A DNA stretch of 64,000 bases, taken from positions 8,847,009 to 8,911,008 of the forward strand of contig MU058781.1 of the NCBI GenBank assembly GCA_013265495.1, written 5' to 3'. How positions within the stretch are numbered: position 1 is the stretch's first letter; every line of letters starts with the position of its first letter. This stretch comes from Vicugna vicugna. Its lineage: Eukaryota. This document shows positions 23,838-37,700 of this stretch, piece by piece. Made by a program: the position numbers and the translations under genes. Under the pieces are notes generated by a model. The model was not told the origin of the DNA and made no database searches. It worked only from the letters and a program-made list of their open reading frames with translations.

Positions 23838-24070
23838 CTAACAATAATTATGAGACGTGTTTATTGAGCATGTAATATGTTGAAAGTAATGTGCCAGTTA
23901 CTTTACAGGGGTTAACTCATTTAATTTTCGCCTGATGCACACTGGATAGGAAATATTCTTACCCCGATGCTACAGGTGAGGAACTTATGGCACATAGAGG
24001 TTAAGTGACTTGCCCCATGTTACTGGCAGATTTAGATGCAGGCTCCAGCCTGTGATCCTCTAAACTGTAT
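23838..24070 (-). mobile_element. MIR
   Basis: tttattgagca...taactcatttaat...tacaggtgaggaacttatggcacatagaggttaagtgacttgccc. Confidence 0.8.
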
Positions 24071-25384
24071 TCACTTCGGTCATGGCATCTATCTTTTCCA
24101 GAGAGAATAATTTTTAGAAACATTAGGGATGATGACAATTTTCCAATTAGAAATTATACTATCCTATTAAACAGAAATTTAAAAATTATAGATGCCTTCT
24201 CTTATAAATTTAATACATTTTTCTGTAGTCAGTATCCCCTCTTTTTGGCTCCCCATCCAGGTGGAGAGTCTCTGGGTTAAGGGGGTGCTAAGCTGGGTTT
24301 GAATGTGACTGCGTGGAGGAAACCTACAAAGAGAAGTTAACAAGTAGCTTACCTGTAAGCGCATCTTTAACAGTAAACTGCACCTTCCTCATGCAGTGTG
24401 TATACAAGTAAATAAAATGCTGGACTAATGGTTATGTGTTGCAGAACTATCACCTTACATAACCTCCTGTGTTTCAAACCCTTTGTCAGTCCTCATGTCT
24501 ACCTCCTATTTATCCTTTTTCCTAGAGCCAAGAATATTAAATATCCAGCTCAGACTCCTGCTCATAAACAGCCTCAATTCTTAACACTGTACTCCCTCAC
24601 TTGCTGCTGCATGAGGAGAGAGAGCTGGTTATTGGTCACTCTCGCCTCCCCGTATTCACCCTTGTCGCCATCCTCTCATGGACACGTCTTGAGTCCTCAT
24701 TATTATATCGAGGACTTTGTATTCTTATCAATAACAAGAAATCAAAGGAGCATGTGTAGTGCCTGTAATTTTGACTATTCTCTTAGATTTTGCAGTAATA
24801 TCTGAAAGGTACTAAAACTAAGTTAACAGCAAACAGTGGGGAAAAGACTAGGTAATGTAACCCATAATTGTTTTTAAAGTTTGAATCTCAGATTATGAAA
24901 ATCTGACCAATTTAAGTTCTGGAAATAAGATCAAAAACATCTCTGTGAATTAATATTAATTTCAAAGGATCCAAAGTCTTGTATTTATTCAACTATTATT
25001 AATTGGTTATGGAATGTATGTCAGGCACTTGTTAGGTAAAACGTATTGAGATTAGTAAAACTTGGTAACTGTCTTCTAGGGACTGGTATTCTTAAATCAG
25101 GGTTACTATTACATAAATACTTTTAACTATGATGTTTGATAAATATAGTAAAACTCCAGTGTTAATTCTGGCATGGTGGGTGGGAATGAGCTTAAATATT
25201 TATTATAGGCTTCCCATGAATAAGAAAGAAATACTGAATTACAGGTCTTACATGAAAACCAATTTCTTTTCTTTAGACAATTATACTTTCTAGGTTTGAG
25301 TTTGTCTATGACATAATAAAACCTACTAGTATAGGAAAGACTTTAACTAGATTACACACACACAAATGTATATTTATGTATATA

Positions 25385-27545
25385 AAAGTTATAGTTTGGT
25401 TTGTCTGCAAGTGACAGGAAAAGTAATGGCATAAAGAAAGTAGAAGTTTATTTTTTCAGCTGTATAAATGAAGACCAGAACTAGGCAGGCAGTAGGGCAT
25501 TTTAAGGCTTCAGCATATGAGGGATGCAGTCAAGATACAGCTTTTATCTCATGGTCCAAGATAGCTGCTTGAGCTCCAGCCATCAAATTTGCATCCCAGT
25601 CTATATGAAAGTGAGGGGCAGAGAAGAGTATATGTTCCATCCCTTTAAATACTCTCTGAAAGCCACATGTCACTTTAATTATCTCCAGTTGGTCGGAACC
25701 TAGTCACAGGTCTGCACTTAGCAGAAAGAAAGGCTAAGCAATACAGTGTTTATTTTGAGTGGCCTTGTTCCCATTTAAAAACAAAGCGTTCTGTTGGAAA
25801 TAAGAGGAGGTGAGATAGTGGGGAACAATTGGTAGTCTCTGCCTTAGTCTGTCTCATTTGACAGGACTTTAGCCTTTGTCTGAGAGAGATAACCCAGCCC
25901 CACATAATTACCCTGTCCTGTTGTACTGTGATAACGTTGATGCTCTGTCCTTTTCAGAAGGTCCAGCTGTGGCTTTCTATGGACTGATGGCTATAAACTA
26001 AAGGGCAACACCAAACTGCCCATTTAAAATGAAGTAAAAATAAGATAATTATAATTTTTTAAATTCCCATTTGAAAAATGGGAGACTGTGAAACACACAT
26101 ATTCGATGGGTATTATAACAAATCCTGCTTGGTAGAAAGGGCATTCTTTAGCTCTCCCATCTGATGAGCTTTGATTTCACTCTGTGAGAGAAACTCTCTA
26201 GCCGGTTGTCCGTCATGGCCATATCTGTGATAGGCCTAGGGACTATGATCTTCTGGCTGGGTTCTAATCCTTCCGTGCCTGCTTCCTTGTGGTGCTGATT
26301 TGAGACATGGGAATTGCTTTAAGAGTTGTGCAGTCACATGCTGTGCAGACCATCCTGGTGTATCTTTGGCAACCCATTTCCTTCAAAAATTTACTGCGTT
26401 TTCAGTCTGTTTGTTTCTTGTCAGTTCCATGAACAAGTCAAAAGTCAGGTCAGGACATAGTTTTGAACCTGAAGACGCTTTGATTTATTGCCCTCTGGCC
26501 TCTGTTCATCCCCACCCTCTGAACTTCCTGATGACTCCTTTCAGACCCTCTGAACCGCTCTTAATCCCATCAGTGCCAGAGGACTGGGCCAGTGTATGAA
26601 GAGGCACCAGTTCTGTCTTCCGTGGTATTGTACCCAGTGCTTGTAATTGCTTGGCTTGGCTTTTGCAAACCTGCAAACCTCAAAATCACAGGATTCTTGG
26701 TCAAATTAGACTGTAAATTCACAAACAGAGAGATTTTCTAAGAAAAGCTCAGTTTTCTTAAGTCTTAGCTTGCAGCTGGCCAGCTCTAGTCTGAGTTTCT
26801 TGTTGCTAAGAGCAGGGAGAAGGAGCCAGCTAGTATTTAAGGTTCTGAACCGTTTGTAACACTTCCACTGCTCCAGACTTACCTAACACTGGGTCTATCT
26901 TCCAAGGTTCAGCAGGTGACAATATGACCAGATATTTTGCCAACATATAACATTAGTTTGCTTTCCAGCCTGCAGTATGAGTTCCTCCTACCTGCTGCTA
27001 TCCAACTCAACTAATGCCATCCATTCAGGTTCTGTTACATGGAGCACTCTAGTTTAGATAGGATTGGTTTGGGCTGTGAATGGTCAAAAGCATAAAACAA
27101 TATCTCAAAGAAGGTAGATGTATATTACCCTTTCACGTTAAAAAAAAAAAAATTGGGAGGTAGTAATCCTGTGCTGGTAGGATGGTCCACAGTAGCAAGG
27201 ACCCAGGATTCTGTTCTGTCGCTCTGCTATCCTCAATGTGAGTTTCTGTGTCATGGGCCATGTTGGCTGCTTAAAATCCATCCATCAAGTCTGCATTCCA
27301 GACAACAAAGAGGAGAAAGAATTGAAAAAAGGTGTACCCCTCCTTCCTTCAAAAGTTACTTTCTTAGAAGTTGTTACATGACACTTCCATTTATATCTCA
27401 TTGATTACACCATGGCCATCCCTAGCTACAGAGGAAGATGAAAAATAATAATTTCTTTCAGGCTTCCATGTGTCTAGCAAGTAATCTATTTCTGTGGAAA
27501 GTGGAAGGAATAGATGTGCAGGTGTCACTACCAAGCTCTGCCACG
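25385..27545 (-). mobile_element. Near full-length MaLR (MLT1K/L-like) provirus: LTR, internal region, LTR
   Basis: Two homologous LTRs (about 25385-25846 and 27050-27545) share the motifs gctgctt...ccatca...tgcat(c/t)ccag and end in ctctgcc; the roughly 1.2-kb spacer has MLT1-int-like motifs (attcccatttgaaaaatggga; caggttctgttacatggagcact). Confidence 0.6.
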
Positions 27546-29044
27546 ACATGTACTTTTAAAAAAGTTTTCATGTTGAAGTTTGATAACTGCCCCTTAAAAA
27601 GAAGTGAATTTGTCATCATGATTCTAAGCATCTTGTTATTTTTCTCTTGGGTGTCGTACCTGGTTTTGCACATGAGCCAATTGATAACTATTTTTTTATT
27701 GTTGCTGGCAGGCATAGTGGTTTCATTTTTTTAAATGTACATATTGCTGAAACCACCTCACAAACTAAACAATATTTTGGCATGTGATCAGTTGTCTATT
27801 CTGAGTGATTATCAGAAGATGCCATTTAAGACTTAAAGAAATTTAGCTTCTAGTTTTTTTTTTTTTGTTTCTTTCTAATATCAAACAAAAATCATTGTTA
27901 CCTCCATTTTTCTAGTCCCTGGTGTCCTTTCTTACGTATTAGCAATTGCCTGGACCTCATGGTGAATCCCCTCTTGTGGTTCCAAACCTTCTATGGCATA
28001 GCCTTCTATCCACTGCTTCCGTCACACTAGATTAAAAACTCGATGCAAAGAAACATATATTTCTTCTGCTGCCACCTCCAATTCAGGATGCTAGTGCACT
28101 GGAGTTAGTGTTCTGCCAGAAATGCTAAATATTTTCATGTTAGACCAGAAGAGATAACAAGGAGAAAAATCACTTGTTCCGTCTGTTTGTCTGTGCAAGC
28201 TTATTTCTATCCCAGTATTCCCTCTGATTTGTGTGAGGTTATTTGCATGATGTGCTTTTGCTTTTGTTTATTTTAGATGTCTTAAATTCTTAAAAGAATT
28301 TTCTTTTTAAACTAATCTGTTTTGATCAATGAAATCAGTGGTTTCTTGTTAATAGCCTTTAAAATGAACAGATTTCTTTTCTGTTAATTATTATTTCAAG
28401 CCACTTGTTTTTAGCCTAACCATGTAAATAAGACCCAGCATCAAATGCCTTTTAGAAAACAGAATTTTAATTCAACTGTACAATGACTCCTTTTCATATT
28501 GTTTCCTAATGTATTGTGGTTTAATTTTTAATTGTATCATTGAAAAAAATATTCTTTTGAGTTTTTCTTTGAAAAAAATTGATTACGTTGTCTTATCTAG
28601 TGTGTTCTAATTGGGTTTCATTCTTTTTTTCTTTCTTTTAAATAATTTGTGCTTTCAAGAATGATGATGTAATTAAATTTTGAAGAATTTTTTTCTTAAA
28701 AAATCAGAATTCATCTTAACTTTTATAATGTCATTCCCTGAATTTTTCTATTAGTGATAAAAGAAATTGAATTTGATGGGAAATTCTTTGCAATGTTAAG
28801 AATTCTAGTACATGGGAAGCTTAAAAAAACTGTTTATTACATTTTAATACACGTTAAAGCAATATTTTCATGCATAAAAGATGTATGTTTTCCATTTCTG
28901 TAAGCTAAAATAAATCTCCATTTTTTTCCAAGTAAAAAACAACAAAATATACAAATACAAAAAACAGCATTTACATAAAAATATTTACCCTTAGAGTCAT
29001 GACTTTTTGTATCTATCTTATTACTCACTAACTGATAGTATTAA

Positions 29045-29320
29045 TTACTAATATTTATTGAGCCCTAAAAAATGTCCCAGTCACTGTTCAGATTGGTTTA
29101 TAAACTCATTTAATTCTTATGATAGCCCCCTGAAAGCACAAATTATTTAAAAGGAAGAAAAAACAATGACAACATAAAATGTATTGTTGACAGTCACATT
29201 TTTTAGATGAAGAAACTCAGACAACAGAGAGCTTGAAGTTACGTAGATAGTAGGCGATGGGGAAGCTGTGAACCCTGGTTGTCTAGCACCAGAGCTGGCG
29301 CTTTTTAACTGCTGTGGTCT
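29045..29320 (-). mobile_element. MIR
   Basis: atttattgagccc...aactcatttaattctta...cattttttagatgaagaaactcagac. Confidence 0.7.
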
Positions 29321-29347
29321 GCCATCTCCCAGGCCACGCTCTCCGCC

Positions 29348-29590
29348 AAGTGCTGCTCAAAAGTTGCTTTATAGACAAGCGCACATTTGCAAACTCCTTG
29401 TCATCAAGGTACGAGATTATTACTGAAATTGAAAGTAAGCACTTAGATTTTCTAGTAATTTAACATTCCAAAGATACCAAATTTATGATGTATTTTTTAG
29501 TTATTCACTTTGTGTTTTAGAAATGTAGCTGTCTGTAATAAATTGGAAGGAAAACTGGTTATTCCTCACAAATAGTTCAAGAAGCACGGC
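29348..29590. mobile_element. hAT-Charlie MITE (MER112-like)
   Basis: Terminal inverted repeats agtgctgctcaaa ... ttcaagaagcacgg; aaactggttattcctcacaaatagtt. Confidence 0.55.
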
Positions 29591-30429
29591 TCTAAGTAGA
29601 GTGCCTTTTATAGCTATTAGATGCTTTTAAATTCATGATTTCATTCAATGCTCACAATAAGCCTGCAAGTTTATGATGCTATTGCCATGTTTTAGGTTGA
29701 GAAACTAAAGAGCAGAGAAGGTATATATGTGAGAGATCTGTAATTCCAAGCCTGCTCTTTATTCTATAAGGTATAGAAACTATATTCTCCTGTCCCTGGT
29801 GATATTCATATTGGAACGTATACATTTGTTAAAGCCTTTCAAGGTATTTTTTCTTTTTTGTCAGTTATCTTCATAAAAGAGAACTTAGATTGAATGAGTA
29901 AGAATTTTTTTTAAATGTAAAGAGTCTTGAAACCTAAAGAGAATAATGCAACCTGGCCATTTATTAATTCTTTGTTAAGATATTTTTATTGTGATTTATT
30001 AGAGGCAATTCTCCCTTTAAATGTGTATTGACATGCCTAGTTCCACTTACTAGCAAATGTTTTGTAGAGTGGGGAATTCGGGGCTTCCTGCTGCTGCTTC
30101 TCGTGGTAGTGGCAGAATGTAAGGTAGCATTCCCTCATCTATAAATAAAAAGGATGAGCTGAATTGCTTTAAATTCCAGTCTAACTGAAAAAGTGCATTT
30201 TTTTCTTTTCTTAGCTTTCTCTTGATAAGTTTCAGTCTTTTCTGCTTTCCAGTTATTCCTGTTCTCCAGGACCCCCTTTCTGAGCCTGCATTTGCCTGTT
30301 ACAGGGCAATTCATGCCTCCTCATGGCCCCGTTTCCCTGAAGAGCGCCCGCCCCTTCTGCCTGCCCCTCTCCCTCCCTCCCTGCTTTCCATCCCCTCTTT
30401 GATCCTCCGTAGCCTGGTGTCTGCTCGCT

Positions 30430-31255
30430 CTCCTTCATGATGGCTGCTCTTGTTAGATTCCTGAAGGCAGACTCCAGCAGGCAGTCTTCATCCTGCATTT
30501 TCTTCTCCCTTATGTTGCCAACCCCCTCCTCCTTGAATCAGTTTCAGTCCCGGTCAGTCCTCTTCTCCCCCCTCCCTTCCCCCACTCTCACACAAGGCAT
30601 CTATCAGGCTGCTTTTGAATGAGAACTCTCCACTTGAATGTCCCTCAAGCGCTCAGTCCCCACCTTTCACCCCTGCTCCTCCTGCCCCACTATCCATCAA
30701 TGCAAATCAGAAGCAGTTTTTCTGGACTTCCCTCTCACCTTTTCCCACCCAGTCCAATCCATCACCAGGTCCCATGAACTTGATCTTTCCCGTGACTCCT
30801 GTCTGCGTCCTTATCCCCACGGTCACTGCCCTCACTAAGGAAGTTCTTGGAATTGTGTTGCTCCCTAAATCCCTTCCCAAACCCCAGGCTCACTCCCTCC
30901 AACCCATCCTTCACCTCACGGCCAGAAGTATTCTTTCTAAAATACAGACTTTGTATTTTTTTCATCAAAATTCTTCCATAGCTCTCCCTTGCCTTCAGTA
31001 TAAGAAGCAACAGTAGTAGCAGTTAGACCACCGAACACTTACTGATTTGCCCCGCCAGGAACTGTAAAAGATTATTTTACATGCATAATCTTTTATAGTT
31101 TGTCTCCATGGTGGCACTTACCACATGGTTCTGTGTTTGTGCGTGTGTTTGCCTTCCCACCGCGTACAACTTCACGAGTCTTTCCACGTGTGCATCTCCA
31201 GCACTTACTGTGGTGCCTCCAACATAAACCCCTTCCGTCTTCACTGAGTGAAGGA
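30430..31255 (+). mobile_element. L2 fragment including the 3' end
   Basis: Pyrimidine-rich L2 body (cagtccaatccatcaccagg...gccagaagtattctttctaaaatacag) and tail tgcatctccagcacttactgtggtgcct. Confidence 0.65.
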
Positions 31256-32486
31256 TTTCTGTGGTTGTCATAGGGCTCATACGTGCTATGGGATGTGAAG
31301 GATGTGAAGAAGAAGAGCCTGCAGCAAGGATAGCAGAGGCTTGCTGGCTAGGGCAGAATGCTCGTCCCAGGTCAAGGGAGCCAGAGGCCAGTGCACTTGC
31401 CTCTTTCGAGTCCTTACAATTGCATCATCAGCTAAATGCAGCAGGACGCAGGGAAAGGGTAACAATGACTGTCGTTATGCTTTGATTCAGTGCATACAGC
31501 CTACTCCCAGCAGCCTCACACCGACAATGCACCGTATTTTAAGGCAAAATAATTGTATCCTACAGAAAATAGCCTTGGAAATTCCGTTCCTAGCTCTGGT
31601 TTGTCTCATTCTTCACTGCTGACCCTCTTTATTGAAAGACAGTGATTTCATCATTATTACTGTAAGATAGCTGGTTCTTCCAAGCTATTTTACATTTCTT
31701 AAATGATCAACCTTCACACAGCATGGGGTCCTGTGTTTAGCAGCAAAAAACTGTTCTTCTTAATTTCCTTTCTTGGGTGTTTAATTTAAAATATATAAAA
31801 TTTAATTCCTCCATTCTGAGATGTTTTAAAGGGTGTAAACTGAGGTTATGAACACTTTAAGGTCAGGTTACCAATAGGAATTTGACATTTATATGAATAA
31901 GAATAATATCAAGAGTTACAAAAGCTAATATAGAATTGCAAGGGCTAGCAAGCTCTGTGCTTGAGGCCATAAATTGATTGCCAGCAGGGGTCAAATGGGA
32001 GTCTCTGCTTTTTCTGTACAATCTCCCTTGGGTAAGCCATTGCAGTATTTGGTACAGCAGCAGAAAGGGCAGAGTGAATTTACACCTTCTTCGAACAAAT
32101 TGGTAGAATATTCACTGCTTAAGAGAAGTGTGGATTAATAGGACTTTGTTTAGATAGCTAAAAAAAGAGCCCAAGATTATTTGTCTAGAAATAATATCAA
32201 GCCAAGGGAAATAAATTTAATAATTTAGTCAAGTACATGCAGACAGGCTCTGTTTGATCCACACTATGTGTCAAGATAGGGTTTCATCTTTGTTTTTTGC
32301 TATAAGAGCTGCTGAGAAAAAATAAACACTGATGCCAAATGAACTAATTTGGTGCTGATTACCTAAAAGAAAACGCTGGAACCAAAGTTGATCCTTAAAG
32401 CATAAATATGTTTATGTTGCAGTTTTTGCTTATGTCTGTTTATTTCATGTCACCTTGTATTCTTATAAAAATGTTATTAAAATATT

Positions 32487-32743
32487 GAGGGGGTGGAGGG
32501 ATAAAATAGGAGTTTGGGGTTTTCAGATACTAACTACTGTACATAAAATAGGTAAACAACAAGGTCCTACTCCATAGCACAGGGAGCTATCTTTAATACT
32601 TTGTAATAGCCTATAATGAAAAAGAATATGAAAAGGAATATATACACACACACACACACATATATAACCAAATAACCATGCTGTACACTAGAAATTAACA
32701 CAACATTGTAAAGTGATTATGCTTCAATTTAGGGGGGAAAAAA
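32487..32743 (+). mobile_element. Cetartiodactyl-type L1 3'UTR with internal (CA)n
   Basis: aacaacaaggtcctactccatagcacaggga...catgctgtacactagaaattaacacaacattgtaaa. Confidence 0.85.
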
Positions 32744-34552
32744 GACATAATGAATGAAAGGAGGAAAAACAAATTAATAGAATAAGCTTCTATCCAAGCA
32801 GTAAAAACTAAACTTAGATATAAAATAGAAGGATTATCTACCCTTTTCCAGGTATTATGATATTTGGTGCTTTTGGTAAGAATGAACTCTTGGAGCAAGC
32901 AAACTTTTAATGGCCTAAAATTGAAAAATACAAGTTTATACATTATTATTTTGTTTCTAGTCATACCTTTGTGTTATTTATCATGATAAAGGTTTTCTTT
33001 GTAAAGATAAGAAGTAAGCTCTCTTTGGTCTACATTCCCAGGTTATTTAATTTAAATGACATTACATCCACACATAAACTAGGTGTGTTTTCTTGGTGGC
33101 CAAAGAGGGGTTATACCTGGCCTCCCTTATTTTCTCTCTTTCGCTTTGTCTTCTGTCATCTGCCTTATTTGTTAGGTGTCTTTTGGTTTGGGTTTGGGTT
33201 TGGTTTTTAACTCGTTTCTGTTGTCCCTATTGTAGGGTTGCTCCTTTTCTTTTTTTCTCTCTCTTAGTTTACAGAGGACCTATGCCTGTAGGTGTTGCCC
33301 ATTTGTTACAACATTGCTGATGTATCATTTTCTGTTCCTAGTGAAGATCCCATGTGCTGATCTTTCTACTGCTGCCTCAGGTGCTGTGGACAGAACTGGA
33401 GTTTCTAAAGGAGTTTCGTTTTGCATTTAAAAAAAATAGACTGGAAGCTAGATGGTATAAATATTAGTGATTTAGGCTATGATTAGATACGTGAAACTTA
33501 AATTATACCTTTGCCGGAAGCCTTTGAAGTCACTTGGTTGTAGCGGTAGCCTGTGCGTCTGCTGTTGGACGTGACTAACTGCTGTCTTGTGCAGAGTGCA
33601 TTATGGTGATTTAAAAAATAGGGTTTTTTTTTCCTTTCTCTACTAATTGGGTGTATATAGGAGTCATCATCTATACAGTGGCAGGCAAAATATAATCTAT
33701 TTAAGCCTATCCTTCAAAATATTTCATACTCCAGCAGGCCACTAGGAGATACTAAATAGCAATATGGCCATTTAATTCACTAACTTCAAGTAGCATTGAG
33801 GAAGGAATCTTAAAAGTTACTGCTAGCTTAGATTTTGTTACCCTTCCACCTTTTTTCAAAGCATTTTATTTATACAGTGGCCGTTTTCTCTTTCCTTCTC
33901 TACCCCCCAAATATTTTATTTCCAAAGTAAAAATGGTTCTTTAACAGCAATATCCTTAATGATACTGTTCAGAAGTCTTCATAGCTGTGGTGCTAACCTC
34001 ATCAGACACAAATGCTTCTCTTTTTCTTTCATTCTTTACCTCCCCCCCAAAAAAAGAAAAGAAAAAAAAATTAAGGAATAAGATATGTGGGGTTGGATCA
34101 TATTAATAAATATGATCATGAACATGTGGAATTGGGAGGCAGCTTAGAAATCAGTCTGTCTTACCTTGTTTTCAAAGACCTAAGAAGTTTTGTTTTGCTT
34201 CTATTTCACATATATTTAATGGGCAAGTCAGTCTCAGGTTTTCTGAGTTTTTTATGGCACTACCTGACTGCCCTAAAAGGCTCATTCTCCCAAAATTTCA
34301 GACAGGAATGTGTAAGTTGGTTGTGTTGGAGATAGCCTCATACCTTCAACTAAGTTTTGCTCTTTTTGAAAGAAAGGAACTCTAGCAAATTCACAGGTAT
34401 TTTACAATGTTTATAAAAAAAGGAGCCAAAGAAAGAAATGCTAAACTTAAGTATCTTATGGACCTAACCACTTTGGTTTAGATATTCAAGTGAGGTGCTG
34501 TCATGATTCCTCCCCAGCAGGGTGTGTATGGGAGCACTTCAAATCAAAGTCC

Positions 34553-34790
34553 TGGAGCACAGGCACAAAGTCAGCTAAACTAGATGTATTTAAATCCCGA
34601 CTGTCTTTGTAATATTTACCAAATTTCTTAACCTCTGGCCTTGGCTTTCTTATCTGTAAAATGAGGAAAATAATACCCTTTTTTTAAGGTGGTTGTGAGA
34701 CCTAAGTGGGATAAGATGCTGTAAGATAGATGTGGGACAGTGCTGGGTATTCATTCACTCATTAGAAGGTTGCCGGTACTTTTTCTACTA
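34553..34790 (+). mobile_element. MIR
   Basis: ttcttaacctct...tatctgtaaaatgaggaaaataatacc...ggttgtgag. Confidence 0.75.
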
Positions 34791-37700
34791 GTAGTAACAA
34801 CAGTAGCAGCACAATCACAACACAGAACAGTCATTACGTGATACCTAAATAATAAATTTTTAAAAATGATAACATGTTATGTAGAAGCCAATGTGCATAG
34901 CCAGTGCAGTCTAAGATAGACACAAAAAATCAGTATGGAAGAAGAAAAACATTGAAAATATTTTTCGGTTTTACTTTCTTTCTATAAATTTTTAGAAAAT
35001 ATCCCTTTAGGTTAAAAGTTTAGTTTATTTGGCAGAATATTCTAAAAGATTGAGAAAACAGAGTGAATATGCAACAGCTACATACTAATTGAGGTCTACT
35101 GACGTCTCTAAAGATGATGCTATCAACTGGGTCACTGGGGTTGAAATTAATGGGTTTTTTTTTTTCCAGGACCAGGGATCTCATCACTATTTCAAGACCT
35201 TTCTTCCTTTATTCACTCCACACCCTCATTCAACTCCAGTAGTGCCAGTCCTCCAACCTTTCAATCTCCTCTTCACTGTAATCCTTGCTTTCCTGGAACA
35301 TCTCACCATCCTTGCCCTGGTAGTTAATTTTCCTGTTGAAGTGCTATTGGTTGATAATGCCTGGAAACTTCTTTCCTAAATAGAATTTGCATTTGACTGG
35401 AGTCTTTAATGACTTAAAGGAAAAGAAGAAGTAACAGAGAATCTGTTAGGAACTCTGAAGGGCCAATATACAAGACTGTTTTGTTCAGAGAGAACTTCCA
35501 GCACCCGTCACCTCTGAGCAGACGTTGTATGTTTTTTATCATGGACCCACCACCACATCTGAGAAGGGTTACCAGTATGTGGAATGGTACCGACTCCCAG
35601 CACTGCCTCCCCCTTTTTAGGCCCCCAGGTACAAAATTTAATTACATTTAAAAGCAGAATTAGGTCTCTAATTTCTGGATGATGTGAAACATTATCTTGT
35701 TCCACTGTGTTTCAAAATCAAAGCATAAGAATACTGTCTTGAGTTGTTCCACAGGTTCGTGCCTAGCCCACGAGTTAATTTGGAGCACTATTTAGAGGGG
35801 GCAAATTATCTTCAGGAGTCTCATGGCCTGGCTGCTGCCCAGTGTCCTGGGAGATGTAATCAGTTTCAGTTAATTCTAAACAATAGATTATGGCGGGAAC
35901 TCAGATAAGTGGCGGGTTGACTGCACCCAGTAAACTGTTGATTTAAGTTGTCAAGAGAGCTTGACTCATACTTAGACCTGACACCAGTCTGGGTCAGCTG
36001 ACTTATCTGTAAACTATTACCAGACTGCTTTTGTGTGTGCAGCAGGAGGGGCGGTGTGATGATCTCTCTGATCACGTTACCTCTCCTCCCTGACTGCAGC
36101 CTCCGCAGCCTGTCCGTGAGGCTCTTTCTATGACTTGTGACCTGCTCAGGCTTTGACCTGCTCACACCAGTCATGCCCAACACTGGTTTTCCAGCCACCT
36201 GCCTGTGGGAAATGCCAGTATACTGTGCGCTTTGTGTAACTTCTCTTCCAGTCATCATCACTAAATAAGAAATGCATTAATTTTCACTTTACCATATTGC
36301 ACTTCATGATTTTCAGAGGGAATTGTATCTGTCCAATATATTTTTGGCAAGGGTAGGGCCAGAATTACATTGCATCAGCGTTAATCATTCTGTTACCCTT
36401 TGATTAGATCACTCTGGTTAAATACCGGTTGGAAGAGTGACCTCAGGTTGAAAGAATGAAGGATAAATATGGGCAAAATATGAGCAGTTCGTGTGATTTT
36501 TTTTTAAGTTTGAAGATAAATGTTTTTCAATTTGAAATTCCATTTTTTTCCTACATTAGCCTTTGAAAATAAGTTGCAGCAATTTAAAATTGAGGCACAT
36601 GAATGGAAACTTGTTACCCCTATGATACAGGTTTAAATTTGCTTACTCTGAGGTGATTTAAAGCCCACATATAGAGTATTTATTTCTGTAGGTCCAATTA
36701 AAGGATCCCTTGATTTAACAGTAACATACTGTGAGGAACTGAACCCCAGAGGGTGACCCAAGGTACCTGTAACCTCACACCCTCCTGGTAGTGCTCGGCT
36801 CTGAGTCTCAGGAAGCCTTGAGGGCCATGGTTTGATATGGATTGCCTTTGTGTTTTTCCTGTAAATTAAGTTTTTGGTTTGGAAAGCCCCAGCTCTTTAA
36901 GTACAAAAGTCAAGTGATTTTCTTCTTTCATACCCTTATCCAGCTTTGTGCCCTCGTCTCTTTCCTGCTATCATTTTGAAAGTCTTCAGATCATTGACAT
37001 GGTTTGCTTTTCGATTATAAATGATTTTGTTTTCTAATGGGCAGAATTTTGTCTTCTGGAGAATATCTGCTGCAAATTTCCCTGTTTTTAATTTTAGTTT
37101 GTGATTTAATTTTCATCTGTCTCAGAACAGAGTGCACATTTTCATGAGACTAGAAGCAGTGGACAGAATGGCACAATATGTTTTTATTCACCATAGATCA
37201 TAGCCATTTCACTTTTCACTGCAAAATGGGAGCAAATGCATCATTGCTGTTTCATCATTTTCTGCTGTGTCATTCACTATAACGGGGTACGTTAGTTACT
37301 CACACGGTGTGACCTGGGAAAGGAAAGTTATGATTGTTTTCCTTTGGTTTCCATAAGATCTTCAAATGAGGGGAAACAGACCTCACTTGAAGAATATATC
37401 ATAAATTTTAGTGTGTGGCATTTTCTTTTATATTAATTTGTGAATAAAATATGTAGTAGAGATAGTAAAATAACAAGACTAGGCAGTTCTATTTTGGCCA
37501 ACAAAATAATAAGATACACACGTTTATATCTGCTGGGTTTTACTTTCCTGTTATGAGAATTAATTTCAGAGATGAGTCGATAAAAATTATCAACATTAGA
37601 AGTATTTTTTTCTGGGACAGTATATAGAACAGTTTGATAGGTGACATGAGTCCATGTTTCTTTAACATATATTAACAGAATTTGTTTATTTATACCTGCG

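Noticed and set aside
32852..32875. 24-nt exon-like unit (ttttccag ... TTG|gtaaga)
   Set aside because: Short pyrimidine tract, U-rich body and no supporting motifs
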